A stretch of DNA of 64,000 bases from contig CAVZLN010000009.1 in NCBI GenBank assembly GCA_963776245.1, positions 32,001 through 96,000 on the forward strand, written 5' to 3'. Made by a program: the position numbers and the translations under genes. Origin of the DNA: Candidatus Eiseniibacteriota bacterium. Its GTDB lineage: Bacteria > Eisenbacteria > RBG-16-71-46. Below the pieces are notes generated by a model, which was not told the origin of the DNA, made no database searches, and was given only the letters and a program-made list of their open reading frames with translations. Below are positions 29,724 through 41,771 of this stretch, piece after piece (within the stretch, counting starts at the first letter, position 1; each line of letters starts with the position of its first letter).

Positions 29724-31443
29724 ATGACCACCGACTCGATCCACCGGCGCCGCGGGCGTCGAGCTCCGCTCCCGCGCGCGACCGGACCCGCAGGGCGCGA
29801 AGGTCTCGCGCGGGCTGCTGGGCTGGGCCCTGCTCGTCCCGCTCGTCCACCTCCCGCTCGTGGTGGTGGGGGAACTCCCTTCGCCCTGGATGCTGACGCT
29901 GCTGGCGAGCGGCACCGCGCTCGCGATCTCGGTCCCCTTCGCTCTCGCGCGGTCGCGCGTGCTCGACGGTCTCGCCGCGGCGACTCGGTCGCCGGGCGGT
30001 CGCCCTGCTGTGGACGGGGATCGCTGGCGTACATCGCCGCCTCGATCGGCCGGGCCGCGTGGGGACTCGCGCGGTTCGAGGACTACACGCAACTCGGGAT
30101 GTTCAACCAATCGATGTGGACCACCCTGCGCGGGTACCTGTTCGCGAACACCGCCCACACCAGCGACGGCACGATGTGCAGTCACTTCGGGGTCCACTTC
30201 TCGCCGACCCTGCTCCCGCTCGCGCTCCCCTATGCGCTGTGGCCGACGGCGCTCACCATGCAGGCCGCGAACGCCATCGCCCTCGGCCTCATCCCGCTGC
30301 CCTTGTTCGCCCTGCTCAAGGACCGGACCGGCCGCGGCGCGGCCGTGGTCCTCGCACTCGCCGCGCTCCTGGTCCCGAACTTCATCGTCGCCGGGGCCCG
30401 CGACATGCGCTACGCGGGGTTCCTGCCGGTGCTGCTCTTCACCGCCGTCTGGGCCCTCGAGACGCGCCGTTGGCCCGCCCTGTGGATCGCCTCCGTCGCC
30501 GCCCTCGGCGTGCGAGAGGACACCGGACTCGTGATCATCTTCCTCGGGCTCTACGCCTTCGTCCGTGGACACGCGAGGAGCGTGGCGCTCGGTCTGGTCG
30601 CCCTCGGCGCGGGGTGGTTCGTGGTTGTGACCAGTCTCGTGATGCCCCGCCTGGGCACGCCCAGCCTGATGTGGGGTCCCGGGGACTTCATGGGCCTGAT
30701 CTTCGGGAGATGGGGCCGTACCCCGGGGCTCGCGCTGGTGAGCATGGTGACCCATCCGTCCGAGCTGATGCGCGGGCTGCCGTACTCCGAGATCGCGCGC
30801 TACCTCTACGCGCTGTTCCTCCCACTGCTGGGGATCCCCGCCTTCTCCGACTGGCTGATCCTCCCGGCGCTGCCGGGGCTGGGAGTGAACATGCTGTCCG
30901 CCTGGCCCTGGATGCGTTCCCCGGCCTTCCAGTACTCCATGGTCCCGATCACGTTCGGCACGCTCGCGGCGTTCCAGGCTGCCGCGAGGCTCGGCGCGCG
31001 GGCGACCGAAGCGCGGCGCGAGGCGACGTGCCTCGCGGCCGCGGTGGTGATCCTGTGCGGGCTCGCGCCCTCGCTGGGCATGCTGGGGGCGGGTGGGAAA
31101 GCGCCCGCGCCCCCGGTGGAGGCCGCCCGCGCCATGGTCCGCGCGATCCCCCGGGAGGGTTCCCTCGTCATGCCCGGCGTGTTCTATCCCCACCTCGGTG
31201 GGCGCCTGAAGGTCGGTCTGCCCGGGAGCGTGGGACGAGCACATCCTCGACCCCGGCTTCCGACGGGGATACGAGTACGTGCTGGTCTGGCGCGGTCTGG
31301 GGATGACCGACACGCCTTTCGACAGCCTGCTCGCCGCGGCGATGCCCGACGATCCCGGCTTCGAGGTGGTGCGCACCGATGGCCCGCTGGTGCTCTATCG
31401 GAACCGGTTCGCGCCGGGCCCGGGCCGCGGGCCGAGGCCCTGA
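29724..31443 (+). CDS. DUF2079-like polytopic membrane protein (GT-C-like), frameshifted at both ends
   Basis: [24 protein letters not shown]...P. N- and C-terminal parts lie in other frames. Confidence 0.65.
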
Positions 31444-31447
31444 GCCC

Positions 31448-33154
31448 TCAGTACCCTTGCGCGCAACCGTCCTTGCGCTTCTCGGTCGCCCCGGCGTAGT
31501 GGCCGGTGGCAGGATCGCGCCAGATGGCCTGATAACCGCCGTAGGCGCCGACCGGCTCGGGTGTGAGCACGTGGCCGCGGCGCTTGAGCTCGTCGAGCAC
31601 CGCCGCGGGCAGACCGTCCTCGAGGTGCAGCTCGCCCCCGTCCGTCATCACCGTGCCGGTGGGCTCGCTCGAGCCGGTGTGATGGAAGCGCAGGGCATCC
31701 CCCACTTCCTGCAGGTTCATGCCGAAGTCCACCAGGTTCACGATCACCTGCGCGTGACCCTGCGGCTGCATGTCGCCGCCCATCAGCCCGAACGCCATCA
31801 GCGGCTGGCCGTCGCGGGTCACGAACGCGGGGATGATGGTCTGGAAGGGACGCTTGCCGGGTTCGAGTCGATTGGGATGGCCGTCGTGGAGCGAGAACAG
31901 CGCGCCGCGGTCCTGGAGGCCGAAGCCCAGCTCGGGCACGACGTAGCCGCTGCCGAAGCCGGTGTAGTTGCTCTGGATGAGCGACACCATCATGCCATCC
32001 GCGTCAGCGGCGCACAGGTAGGTGGTCTCGCGCTTGTTCAGCGCCGCCGGGTCGCCCGCGGGATCGGTCTTCATGGTCTGCCGCATGTCGATGAGTCGCG
32101 CGCGCTCCTTCGCGTAGGCCTTGGAGAGCAGTTCCTGCACCGGAACCTTCGCGAACGCCGGGTCGGCGTAGTAGCGCGCGCGATCGGCGAAGGCGAGCTT
32201 CTTGGCCTCGACCATCACATGCCAGAAGTCCGCCGAGCCGCGGCCCATGCTCTTGAGGTCGTAGCCTTCGAGGATGTTCAGCATCTGGAGCGCAGCCAGC
32301 CCCTGGCTGTTGGGCGGCAGTTCCCACACCGTGTAGCCGCGATAGTCGGTGGAGATCGGCGCGTCCCAGGTCGAGGCGTGGCGCGCGAAGTCCTGCTGCG
32401 CGAAGAACCCGCCGTGCGCCTGTGAGTAGCGCACCAGCGCGTCCGCGATGGCGCCCTTGTAGTACGCGTCGCGCCCCTTCTCCGCCAGCAGACGGAGGGT
32501 CTTCGCCAGCGCCGGGTTCCTGAAGGTCTCACCCTCGCGCGGCGCGCGCCCACCGGGCATGAAGACGTCCGCGAAGCCGGGCATGTCCTTGAATCGCCTG
32601 GCCCCCCGGCCCCAGTCGTCCGCGATCACCGGCGAGAGCGGGAAGCCCTCCTCGGCATAGCGGATGGCGGGTGCGAGCACGCGCTTCATGGGCAGCCGCC
32701 CGAAGCGGCCGTGGAGCGCGAACCACCCGTCGCAGGCTCCCGGCACCGTCCACGCGTAGGGCGAGTAGAGCGGGATGGTGCCGTCGGCTTCGGGCTTCAC
32801 CTTGTCCACCGTGAGCGCGAGCGGCGCGCGGCCGGAGGCATTGAGCCCCACCACCTGCCGGGTCTTCGGATCCCAGACGATGGCGAACAGGTCACCGCCC
32901 AGCCCGTTCGCGGTCGGCTCCATCAGTCCCAGGCAGGCGTTCACCGCGATGGCGGCGTCCACCGCGCTCCCGCCCTCCTTCAGCACCTCGAGCCCCGCCT
33001 GCACCGCCAGCGGCTGCGCCGCGCACACCATGCCGTGGGGCGCCCACACCACCGAGCGGGTGGCTTCGCCGCGCGCGGCGAAGCAGTCCTGATCGAAGGC
33101 TGCGGTCACGAGCAGCGCCGCGAGCGGGACGAGCGGAAGCGCGGACGGGCGCAT
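31448..33154 (-). CDS. ggt: Gamma-glutamyltransferase
   Basis: Signal peptide, GGSAVDAAIA, GLGGD.F, autocatalytic ETT, PGKRP..TI.P, MGG.MQPQGH. Confidence 0.93.
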   Translation of the reverse strand: MRPSALPLVPLAALLVTAAFDQDCFAARGEATRSVVWAPHGMVCAAQPLAVQAGLEVLKEGGSAVDAAIAVNACLGLMEPTANGLGGDLFAIVWDPKTRQVVGLNASGRAPLALTVDKVKPEADGTIPLYSPYAWTVPGACDGWFALHGRFGRLPMKRVLAPAIRYAEEGFPLSPVIADDWGRGARRFKDMPGFADVFMPGGRAPREGETFRNPALAKTLRLLAEKGRDAYYKGAIADALVRYSQAHGGFFAQQDFARHASTWDAPISTDYRGYTVWELPPNSQGLAALQMLNILEGYDLKSMGRGSADFWHVMVEAKKLAFADRARYYADPAFAKVPVQELLSKAYAKERARLIDMRQTMKTDPAGDPAALNKRETTYLCAADADGMMVSLIQSNYTGFGSGYVVPELGFGLQDRGALFSLHDGHPNRLEPGKRPFQTIIPAFVTRDGQPLMAFGLMGGDMQPQGHAQVIVNLVDFGMNLQEVGDALRFHHTGSSEPTGTVMTDGGELHLEDGLPAAVLDELKRRGHVLTPEPVGAYGGYQAIWRDPATGHYAGATEKRKDGCAQGY

Positions 33155-33315
33155 GGGACGGTCTCCGGGTGAGGGTGGCGAGCGACCATGCGCGCGAGCG
33201 TAGCCGCATCAACCGGTCGCTGCAATCGGCGCGGTCGCGCGCACCGGGCGTCCGCGCATCGGCGCGCCCGGGTGGCCGTCCTCCGGGACCGGCTGCCGCC
33301 CGGAGCGCGCGCCGT

Positions 33316-33345
33316 TTGAGCGCGCTCGAAGCGCTCCCCTATACT
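33316..33345 (+). promoter_or_regulatory. sigma70-like promoter of acyl-CoA dehydrogenase
   Basis: TTGAGC-N18-TATACT, 55 nt upstream of the ATG at 33400. Confidence 0.55.
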
Positions 33346-33399
33346 GCCGCGCGGCACGCAGCAGCCCCCCACCCGACCGCATCACTCGAGGAGCACTTC

Positions 33400-34584
<1,185 letters not shown>

Positions 34585-34730
34585 TCGGGCGGGGTCGGAT
34601 CCACCGCGGGCGGGCCGCGAAGCCGGGGACGACCTCACCCTCCTCACGCTGCGCGTCCTCGAGCCGGGGTCCGCGACCGGCGTGGTGCCCGCGCGCGCCG
34701 GAGGTCCCGTCCGGCCGCCATCCTCCCGGA

Positions 34731-34763
34731 CGACCGTCCATCCGGCCCCTCCGACCGCTCGTC
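34731..34763 (+). promoter_or_regulatory. Candidate LytTR-type direct-repeat operator
   Basis: CGACCGTCCATC (34731) and CGACCGCTCGTC (34752), 21 bp apart, upstream of the LytS...LytTR operon. Confidence 0.4.
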
Positions 34764-34826
34764 GGGTGCCGCGTTCCCCGGCGGCGGACATGCGCGGAAC
34801 ATGGGAGTGACGAAGGGAGCCCCGAG

Positions 34827-35930
34827 GTGCCCGAGACCGAACGAACCAACCGACGCCCACCGCTCGCCGACCTGTTGCTGACATTGCTCCGGCAGCCGCT
34901 GTGGGCGCTGCCCTTCGCGTTCTTCTTCGGCACCATCTTCGGCGCCCGCTGGCGCACGTACGTCCAGGCCTACCAGGTGTCGCTGGTGTTCTCGCTCACC
35001 ATCGGGCTGGCGCTCTGGGCGGTGAAGCACTTCCTCGAACCGCGTCTCGTCCGGTGGATGCCGCGCGGTCGCGACCTCGGCCTGCGCATCGGGACCGCCT
35101 ACACGCTGTCGGCGCTCGCGGCCTCGTACATCGCCGCCTATCTCATCCACTTCACCGTGATGCCCGGGTTCATGGGCTCGCCGCGCTCGGTGCTGATCGC
35201 GACGCTCTACACCCTCCTGTTCGTGGCGCTGTTCGGTGGCATCAACTTCGCGATCGCGTTCTACCGCGTGGCGATGGAACAGTCGCGCGCGATCGAGCGC
35301 CAGCGTGGCGAGCTGGCGCGGGCCGAGCTGCGGGCGCTGCGGGCCCGGATCCATCCCCACTTCCTGTTCAACACCCTCAACACCATCACCGCGCTCATCG
35401 CCGAGAGTCCCCGCGACGCCGAGGACACCACCACACGCCTGGCCGACCTGTTCCGCTACACGCTCGCCGCGTCCGAACGCGAACACCAGCGCTTCGCCGA
35501 CGAGCTGGCATTCCTGCGGGACTACCTCGCCATCGAGCGCACCCGCTTCGGCGATCGTCTGCGGCTGCGTGAGGAGGTGGCGTCTGGTCTCGAGGCGGTG
35601 CCGGTGCCGAGCCTCCTGCTGCAGCCGTTGGTCGAGAACGCGGTCCGGCACGGCATCGCCCCGCGCGTCGCGGGCGGAACCATCGTGCTCGCCGCGCGGC
35701 GCCATGGCGAGACCCTCGAGATCGACGTGATCGACGACGGTCCGGGGCTCTCCGCCGTCCCCGACCCCGACGGCGGCGGGTTCGGCCTGCATTCGGTCCG
35801 CGAGCGGCTGCGGCTCGCCGGACCGCCGCACGCGCTCCACGTCGATTCGGTTCCCGGGCAGGGCACGCGCGTGCGCGTCGTGCTCCCGCTCACCCTGCCT
35901 TCCACCCCGGCTTCGGGAGGTCCCTCATGA
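34827..35930 (+). CDS. LytS/YehU-family sensor histidine kinase
   Basis: Four TM segments, L.ARI.PHFLFNTLN, LQPLVENAVRHG, G.GL..VRERL. Confidence 0.9.
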   Translation: MPETERTNRRPPLADLLLTLLRQPLWALPFAFFFGTIFGARWRTYVQAYQVSLVFSLTIGLALWAVKHFLEPRLVRWMPRGRDLGLRIGTAYTLSALAASYIAAYLIHFTVMPGFMGSPRSVLIATLYTLLFVALFGGINFAIAFYRVAMEQSRAIERQRGELARAELRALRARIHPHFLFNTLNTITALIAESPRDAEDTTTRLADLFRYTLAASEREHQRFADELAFLRDYLAIERTRFGDRLRLREEVASGLEAVPVPSLLLQPLVENAVRHGIAPRVAGGTIVLAARRHGETLEIDVIDDGPGLSAVPDPDGGGFGLHSVRERLRLAGPPHALHVDSVPGQGTRVRVVLPLTLPSTPASGGPS

Positions 35931-36706
35931 CCCGCCCCTGCATCCTCGCGCTCGCCCTCGCCGCGGTGTCCGCCCTGCCGGCGGACGCACCCGCGGGGCC
36001 CGCACTCGCCCCCGCGCGCGGCGCGCTCCAGTCCGCGGTGAACCGCGGCGATGCCGGCGCCATCCTCGCCGCGCGCGCACAGTTCGAATCCGCCGCCGTC
36101 GCCGACCCGAAGTCCGCCGCGCCTCGCTACTGGGTCGCACTGGCGGACTGGCGCACCCTTCCTCTGGTCGGGGAGAAGGACAAGGAGCAGGCGAAGCGCA
36201 TCGCCCGGGACGGGCTCAAGCGCATCGACGAGGCGCTCCAGCTCGATCCGAAGGCCGGCGCCGCCTACGCGTTGAAGGCCGCGTTGCAGGGCATGAGCAT
36301 CGGCCTCGAGCCGTCCTCGATGATGACGCTCGGTCCCGACTCCGAAGTCAATTTCCAGCGCGCACGCGCGCTGGCGCCGGACGATCCCCGCGTCTGGCTG
36401 CTCGACGGGATCGGCGCGCTCAACAAGCCCGCGAGCTTCGGCGGCGGCGCCGCAGCCGCGCTGGCACGCTTCACGAAGGCGCAGGAACTGTTCGCGGCCG
36501 CACCGGCCGACAGCGCCGGCGAGTTCGGCTGGGGGCGCGACGACGCGTTCCTGTGGGCGGGGCGGGCCGAGATGGGGCGCGGGAACTTCGCCGCGTCGGT
36601 GACGCTGTTCAGGCAGGCCCTCGCCGCGAATCCCTCGAACGGCTGGGTGTCGCGCGGACTCCTTCCCGGGGCGGAGCAGGCGCTCCGGGAGCAGGGAGCG
36701 AAGTGA
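35927..36706 (+). CDS. Exported TPR-like protein
   Basis: Signal peptide and helical repeats (A.QLDP, A.ALAPDDPR, ALAANP.N). Confidence 0.75.
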   Translation: MTRPCILALALAAVSALPADAPAGPALAPARGALQSAVNRGDAGAILAARAQFESAAVADPKSAAPRYWVALADWRTLPLVGEKDKEQAKRIARDGLKRIDEALQLDPKAGAAYALKAALQGMSIGLEPSSMMTLGPDSEVNFQRARALAPDDPRVWLLDGIGALNKPASFGGGAAAALARFTKAQELFAAAPADSAGEFGWGRDDAFLWAGRAEMGRGNFAASVTLFRQALAANPSNGWVSRGLLPGAEQALREQGAK

Positions 36707-38964
36707 ATCGCGGGTCCCTTCCGCCCGCGCGGCTCGCGGCCGGGATCGCGCGCGGCCTCGGGCCCGTGCACAGGCTCGCGCTGGCGATCATGCTCGCCGC
36801 CGGTCCGGTCGGGGCCGCCTCCACGGTCCGCATCACCGGTGTGGTGGTCGATCGCATGGGCCGGCCGGTGGAGTACGCGTCGATCGCCTGCCCGGCCCAT
36901 CGCACCGGAGCGGCGGCGGACGATCAGGGCCGCTTCGCGCTCGAGTTGCCTCCGGGCCGCACGCAGCTCGAGGTCTCGCAGATGGGCTACGAACGTGCGC
37001 GCCTGGTGGTGACCGTGACGGATGGCCTGGCACCCCTGCGAGTGGTGCTCGGGGACGAGCCGCTCGAACTGGCCGAGGTGCAGGTGGCGACCTCGGCCTT
37101 CGGCCGGGCCGGCAAGAGCGAAGGCGCGACGCTGCGGCGCATGGACGTCATCATGACGCCCGGCGGCACCGCGGACATCATGCAGTCCCTGCGCGCGCTG
37201 CCCGGCATCAACGCTCCCAACGAGGGCGCCGCCGTGTACGTGCGCGGCGGCGACCCGAGCGAGACGCTGATCCGCCTCGACGGCAACGAGGTCGGGCATC
37301 CCTACCACTACGAAGGCGCTTCGGGCGGCCTGTTCAGCGCCTTCGATCCCTACCTGGTGAAGGGCGCGTTCTTCTCCAGCGGCGGGTTCTCCGCGCGCTA
37401 CGGCGGCGTGCTCTCCGGGGTGCTCGACATCGAGACCCAGGACCCCGGCGATCAGCGCAGCGTGAACGCCGGGGTGAACATGGCGGGAGTGAACCTGGCC
37501 TCCTCGTGGGCGCTGGTGCCCGGCCGCCTGGCCGCCCTGGTCTCGGGGCGCTACAGCGACACCGGCGTGCTGATGCGGGTGTATGGCTCGAATGCCGACT
37601 ACGAGCGCACGCCACTCAGCCACGATGCCGCGGGCAAGCTGGTCTGGCGCTACTCACCCACCGGCCGCGTGACCCTGCTGGCGCTTCAGAACGGCGATCG
37701 CACCGCCCTGAGGGTGCGCACGCTCAACGTGGAGTCCACGTATCGCGAGCGCGCCGCCAACGGCCTCGGCACGCTGGAGGTGTCGGACGCGATCGGCGAG
37801 CGTCTCGCGGTGCACGCGCGCGGAGCGTGGCAGCGCTACGCCGCCGACTGGCGCTACTCGGACTTCGGCACCTCGCGCGAGGAGCGCGATCTGCAGGGCA
37901 ATCTCGAGGCGATCTGGACGCCGCATCCGCGCCACGCGCTCGCCTTCGGCGCCAGCCTCCCGCGGCGCGCGGTGCGGATCGTGGGGACGCTGCCGGCCGA
38001 CAGCGTGGACCTCGCCGCGGGCGCGCCATCGAGGGCCTACGCCACCCGGCCGACGCTCGAGACTCCGGGCGTGTTCGTGGAGGACAAGTTGCGCGTGTGG
38101 GGTCCCGTGTACGCCACCCTCGGCGCGCGTGCCGACCGGATCTCGAACGTGCCGACGTGGACCTTCGACCCGCGCGCGGCCCTGGCCTGGCGCATGGACG
38201 ACCACCAGACCGTGCGCGTCGCCGCCGGGCGCTACCATCAGGCGGCCGACCCGCGTAACCTCGATCCGGTCTACGGCAATCCGCGCCTGGGACCCGCGCG
38301 CGCCGACCACGTGATCGCCGGCTGGGAGTGGCTCTCGGACGACGCCAATCTGCGGCTCGAGGCGTTCCGCAAGGACTACCGCGCGCTCGTCACGGACGAC
38401 TCGCTGGCGTTCCACGCCAACCGCGGCCGGGGCTACGCGCGCGGCGTGGACGTGTTCGTGAAGGGCTCGCACCGCTGGACCAGCGGCTGGCTCTCCTACG
38501 GCTACCTCGACACCCGCCGCCGCGAAGGGGACGACCCGCGCGAGCTGCCCGCCGCCTACGGGGTCAAGCACTCGCTGACGCTGGTCGGGAACTACCAATG
38601 GAGCGGCGTGTGGATCCTCGGCGTCCGCTACGGCTGGTCCTCGGGGCGCCCATGGACACCGGTGGCGGACCGGCTGTGGGACCCCTCCCGCGCGATCTGG
38701 CGTCCGGTGTACGCCGAGAACCGCTCGGCGCTGATGCCGGCGTACCATCGGCTCGACGTGCGCGCGACGCGGCTCTTCACGCTCCCGAAGGGGCTCGGGC
38801 TCCCGGCCAGCGCGCCGTGCGCCGCCTACGTCGAGGGGCTCAACGTGCTCGGCATCCGCAACGTGCTCGAGTACGTCTACGCCTATGACTACTCGCAGCG
38901 CATCGCGCTCGACTCCTACTTCTCGAGCCGGATGCTCGTGGCCGGCGTGTCGCTGACGTGGTAG
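36703..38964 (+). CDS. TonB-dependent outer-membrane receptor with carboxypeptidase-regulatory-like N-domain
   Basis: G.VVD..GRPV..A, DDQGRF.L, YVRGG, GGFSARYG..LSGVLD, YHRLD, C-terminal Trp. Confidence 0.9.
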   Translation: MNRGSLPPARLAAGIARGLGPVHRLALAIMLAAGPVGAASTVRITGVVVDRMGRPVEYASIACPAHRTGAAADDQGRFALELPPGRTQLEVSQMGYERARLVVTVTDGLAPLRVVLGDEPLELAEVQVATSAFGRAGKSEGATLRRMDVIMTPGGTADIMQSLRALPGINAPNEGAAVYVRGGDPSETLIRLDGNEVGHPYHYEGASGGLFSAFDPYLVKGAFFSSGGFSARYGGVLSGVLDIETQDPGDQRSVNAGVNMAGVNLASSWALVPGRLAALVSGRYSDTGVLMRVYGSNADYERTPLSHDAAGKLVWRYSPTGRVTLLALQNGDRTALRVRTLNVESTYRERAANGLGTLEVSDAIGERLAVHARGAWQRYAADWRYSDFGTSREERDLQGNLEAIWTPHPRHALAFGASLPRRAVRIVGTLPADSVDLAAGAPSRAYATRPTLETPGVFVEDKLRVWGPVYATLGARADRISNVPTWTFDPRAALAWRMDDHQTVRVAAGRYHQAADPRNLDPVYGNPRLGPARADHVIAGWEWLSDDANLRLEAFRKDYRALVTDDSLAFHANRGRGYARGVDVFVKGSHRWTSGWLSYGYLDTRRREGDDPRELPAAYGVKHSLTLVGNYQWSGVWILGVRYGWSSGRPWTPVADRLWDPSRAIWRPVYAENRSALMPAYHRLDVRATRLFTLPKGLGLPASAPCAAYVEGLNVLGIRNVLEYVYAYDYSQRIALDSYFSSRMLVAGVSLTW

Positions 38965-38974
38965 AAGTCCCGCC

Positions 38975-39742
38975 ATGAGCGACTCCCGATTGCGCATCGT
39001 GCTGGTCGACGACGAGCCCCTCGCCCGCGCCCGCGCCCGGCGCCTCCTCGGCGAGCTCGGCGGGTCCGAGGTGGTGGCCGAGGCGGGCTCGGCGGGCGAG
39101 GCGCGCCGGGTCATCGCCGCCACACGGCCCGACCTGCTGCTGCTCGACGTGCAGATGCCCGGCGAGGACGGCTTCGCGCTGCTGAGCAGTCTCGACCCGC
39201 GCCCCGCCGTGGTGTTCGTCACCGCCTACGACCAGTACGCGGTGCGCGCGTTCGAGGAGAACGCGGTGGACTACCTGCTCAAGCCGTTCCGCGCCGACCG
39301 ACTGGCGACCGCGCTCGCGCGCGCGCGCCGCGACCTGGCGCATCCCGAGGATGTGTCGCGGCGGCTCGAGCAGGTGCTGGCCGCGCTGGGCCGGGGCACG
39401 CCCTCGCACCTCGAGCGGCTGACGGTGCGGGTCGGCGCGAAGCAGTTGATCGTCCGGGTCGAGGACGTGCTGTGGTTCGGAGCCGAGGACAAGCTGGTGT
39501 TCGCCGCCACCGCGGGCGACCGCCACTGGCTCGACCTGACGCTCGACCACCTCGAGCGCCGGCTCGACCCGCGCCGCTTCGCGCGCGTCCATCGCGGGGC
39601 GATCGTGAATCTCGACCGGGCCGCCGCCCTGCGCCCCGCATTCGCCGGCACCTGGCGGCTCCAGCTCGACGACGAGGCGCGCACCGAGGTGCCCGTGAGC
39701 CGCGCCCGCGCGCGCGCCCTGCGCGAGCGCCTCGGGGCCTGA
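38975..39742 (+). CDS. LytTR family response regulator
   Basis: VDDEPLAR, LLDVQMP, FVTAYDQYAV.AF, DYLLKP, F.RVHR..IVNL, VSR. Confidence 0.93.
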   Translation: MSDSRLRIVLVDDEPLARARARRLLGELGGSEVVAEAGSAGEARRVIAATRPDLLLLDVQMPGEDGFALLSSLDPRPAVVFVTAYDQYAVRAFEENAVDYLLKPFRADRLATALARARRDLAHPEDVSRRLEQVLAALGRGTPSHLERLTVRVGAKQLIVRVEDVLWFGAEDKLVFAATAGDRHWLDLTLDHLERRLDPRRFARVHRGAIVNLDRAAALRPAFAGTWRLQLDDEARTEVPVSRARARALRERLGA

Positions 39743-39778
39743 CCGCCCGAGCGCCCCGCGAGCGCGCCCGGAGGTCCG

Positions 39779-40921
39779 CTACGCCCCGGCGCTCTCGGCC
39801 GCCAGCTCGGCGATGCGGCGCCGCTCCGCCTGGGTCAGGAACCAGACCGCGATCAGGATGAACACCACCGAGGCCCAGTCCTGGGCCGTCGGCCACTTGA
39901 GGCCGAACAACAGCGCCAGCAGCAGCGTGGCGGTGATGCCGGCGACCAGCGAGGTGAGCCGGTTCACCAGCCCGGCGAAGGTGGCGGTGCGCCCCTTGAA
40001 CATGAAGATGAACACCGAGAAGAACGCCACCGCGCCGTACGGCACGCCCGACAGGATGGCGGTCCACTCGGGGCGCGCGACCGCGGCCGCGAAGGTCGTG
40101 ATGCGCACGTCGGTCCAGCCGAACAGGCCCGGCGACAGGAAGAAGAAGGTGCACGCCACCACCATGGTCAGCGACGCCGCGATCTGCTCGATGGCGAAGA
40201 AGCCCTTGTTGTCGAGCTCCACCCCCTTGGCGCGCGTGTTCTTGAAGAAGTTCATGATGTAGATGCGGATGGTGTACGCCGCGATGTAGAGGCCCATGAT
40301 GGTGAGCGCCGGCACCGAATGGATGAAGTCGAACTGGTTCTTGCCGAGCGCCGAGGCGAGCCCGAACGCCTGTGCCACGTGGATCCCGCGCGCCTCGAGC
40401 ATCCCCACGATCGGGAGCAGCAGCACGTTGGTGGCCACCGCGAGCAGCGCGAACACCACCGCCCAGTTCTCCTCCGCGTACACCCGCTTGCGCAGGATCC
40501 CCTGCCGGATCTGCACCTCGTCCACCAGCCGGCTGATCACGATGATGCTGCCGCGCATGATCACCATCGCGACCATCACCGAGATCGGCAGCGTGTACAT
40601 GAGCGTCGTGGTCGGGATCACCACCGCGGTGCACACGCCCGACGGGATGATGTAGGCGACCTCATAGGGCACCTGGAACGGCCCGACGCGGACCAGCCGG
40701 TTCGAGCGCAGGCGGATCCAGCCCGCGATGAACACCACGGCGAGCGCGATGAGGCTGCCACCGAGCGTGTTGTTGAAGAGATACGCCATCTCCGACATCG
40801 CGGGATGGCGCAGGGCGGTGAAGTACTTCACCAGCACGCCGGTCAGGACGTAGAAGGAGAAATACCCCGCGCACAGCTGGAGCAGTTGGGCGGTGCTTCC
40901 CGAGGACTTGTTCGAGGTCAC
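39779..40921 (-). CDS. Uncharacterised polytopic membrane protein (~10 TM, possibly DMT-like transporter)
   Basis: Strong coding codon bias, many hydrophobic helices, GTGA overlap with fdhD. Confidence 0.7.
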   Translation of the reverse strand: MTSNKSSGSTAQLLQLCAGYFSFYVLTGVLVKYFTALRHPAMSEMAYLFNNTLGGSLIALAVVFIAGWIRLRSNRLVRVGPFQVPYEVAYIIPSGVCTAVVIPTTTLMYTLPISVMVAMVIMRGSIIVISRLVDEVQIRQGILRKRVYAEENWAVVFALLAVATNVLLLPIVGMLEARGIHVAQAFGLASALGKNQFDFIHSVPALTIMGLYIAAYTIRIYIMNFFKNTRAKGVELDNKGFFAIEQIAASLTMVVACTFFFLSPGLFGWTDVRITTFAAAVARPEWTAILSGVPYGAVAFFSVFIFMFKGRTATFAGLVNRLTSLVAGITATLLLALLFGLKWPTAQDWASVVFILIAVWFLTQAERRRIAELAAESAGA

Positions 40922-41766
40922 GACAGCCTTCCCTGAGCCGCGCCGCTTCCGTGCGGCGCGAGGCGGTCACCGCCGCCGTAGACGTTCATACGACCTTCCC
41001 GCAGGAATCCCACCAGCGTCATCCCGGCGGTCTCCGCGAGCTCGATGGCGAGCGTGGTCGGCGCGCCCACGGCGGCCAGCGCGGGGATGCGCGCCCGCGC
41101 TGCCTTGAGCACCAGCTCCGCGCCGGCGCGCCCGCTCACCCACAGCAGTCCGGACGCGGCGGGATAGCGCCCGCGCGCGACCAGGGTGCCACACACCTTG
41201 TCCACGGCATTATGCCGGCCGACGTCCTCGCGGACCACCTCCACCTCCAGCTCGTCGGTGCAGAGCGCCGCCGCGTGGAGTCCCCCGGTGGCCGCGAATC
41301 CCGCCTGCGCCCGCCGCAGCCGCGCCGGCAATCCCGCGAGCGCCACCGGATCGAGCCGGGCCGTCACCGGCATCGGCGTGAGCCCGGCGCGGAGGGCATC
41401 GAGATGGGCGCGCCCGCACAGTCCGCAGGACGCGGTCGCGGCGAAATGGCGCTCCAGCCGCGTCCAATCCACCACCCCGCCCGGGGCGAGCGACACCTCC
41501 ACGACGTCCGGCTGGTCGGCGCACGCGGCGAGGGACGCGCGCACCTCGAGCACGTCGCCGCGGCCGCGGATGACGCCCTCGGAGGCGAGGAACCCCAGCA
41601 CCAGTTCGGCGTCGTGCCCGGGGCTGCGCAGGGTGACCGCCAGCGGGTGTCCGTCCACGCGGATCTCGAGCGCCCGTTCGACCGCCACCGCGTCGGCGAC
41701 CCGCTCGGCCCCGTCCGCCGTCACGCGGAGGACGGGCCGCGACGCCACCAGCGAGCCGGGGTCCAT
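40918..41766 (-). CDS. fdhD: Formate dehydrogenase accessory sulfurtransferase
   Basis: ASCGLCG, TGGLHAA, REDVGRHNAVDK, SGR...ELV.KA. Confidence 0.93.
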   Translation of the reverse strand: MDPGSLVASRPVLRVTADGAERVADAVAVERALEIRVDGHPLAVTLRSPGHDAELVLGFLASEGVIRGRGDVLEVRASLAACADQPDVVEVSLAPGGVVDWTRLERHFAATASCGLCGRAHLDALRAGLTPMPVTARLDPVALAGLPARLRRAQAGFAATGGLHAAALCTDELEVEVVREDVGRHNAVDKVCGTLVARGRYPAASGLLWVSGRAGAELVLKAARARIPALAAVGAPTTLAIELAETAGMTLVGFLREGRMNVYGGGDRLAPHGSGAAQGRLS

Positions 41767-41771
41767 GCCGC

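Noticed and set aside
28821..31443. Phase variation in the GT2 and DUF2079-like genes
   Set aside because: The frameshifts are not in long simple-sequence tracts and the two in GT2 compensate each other; sequencing error is more likely.
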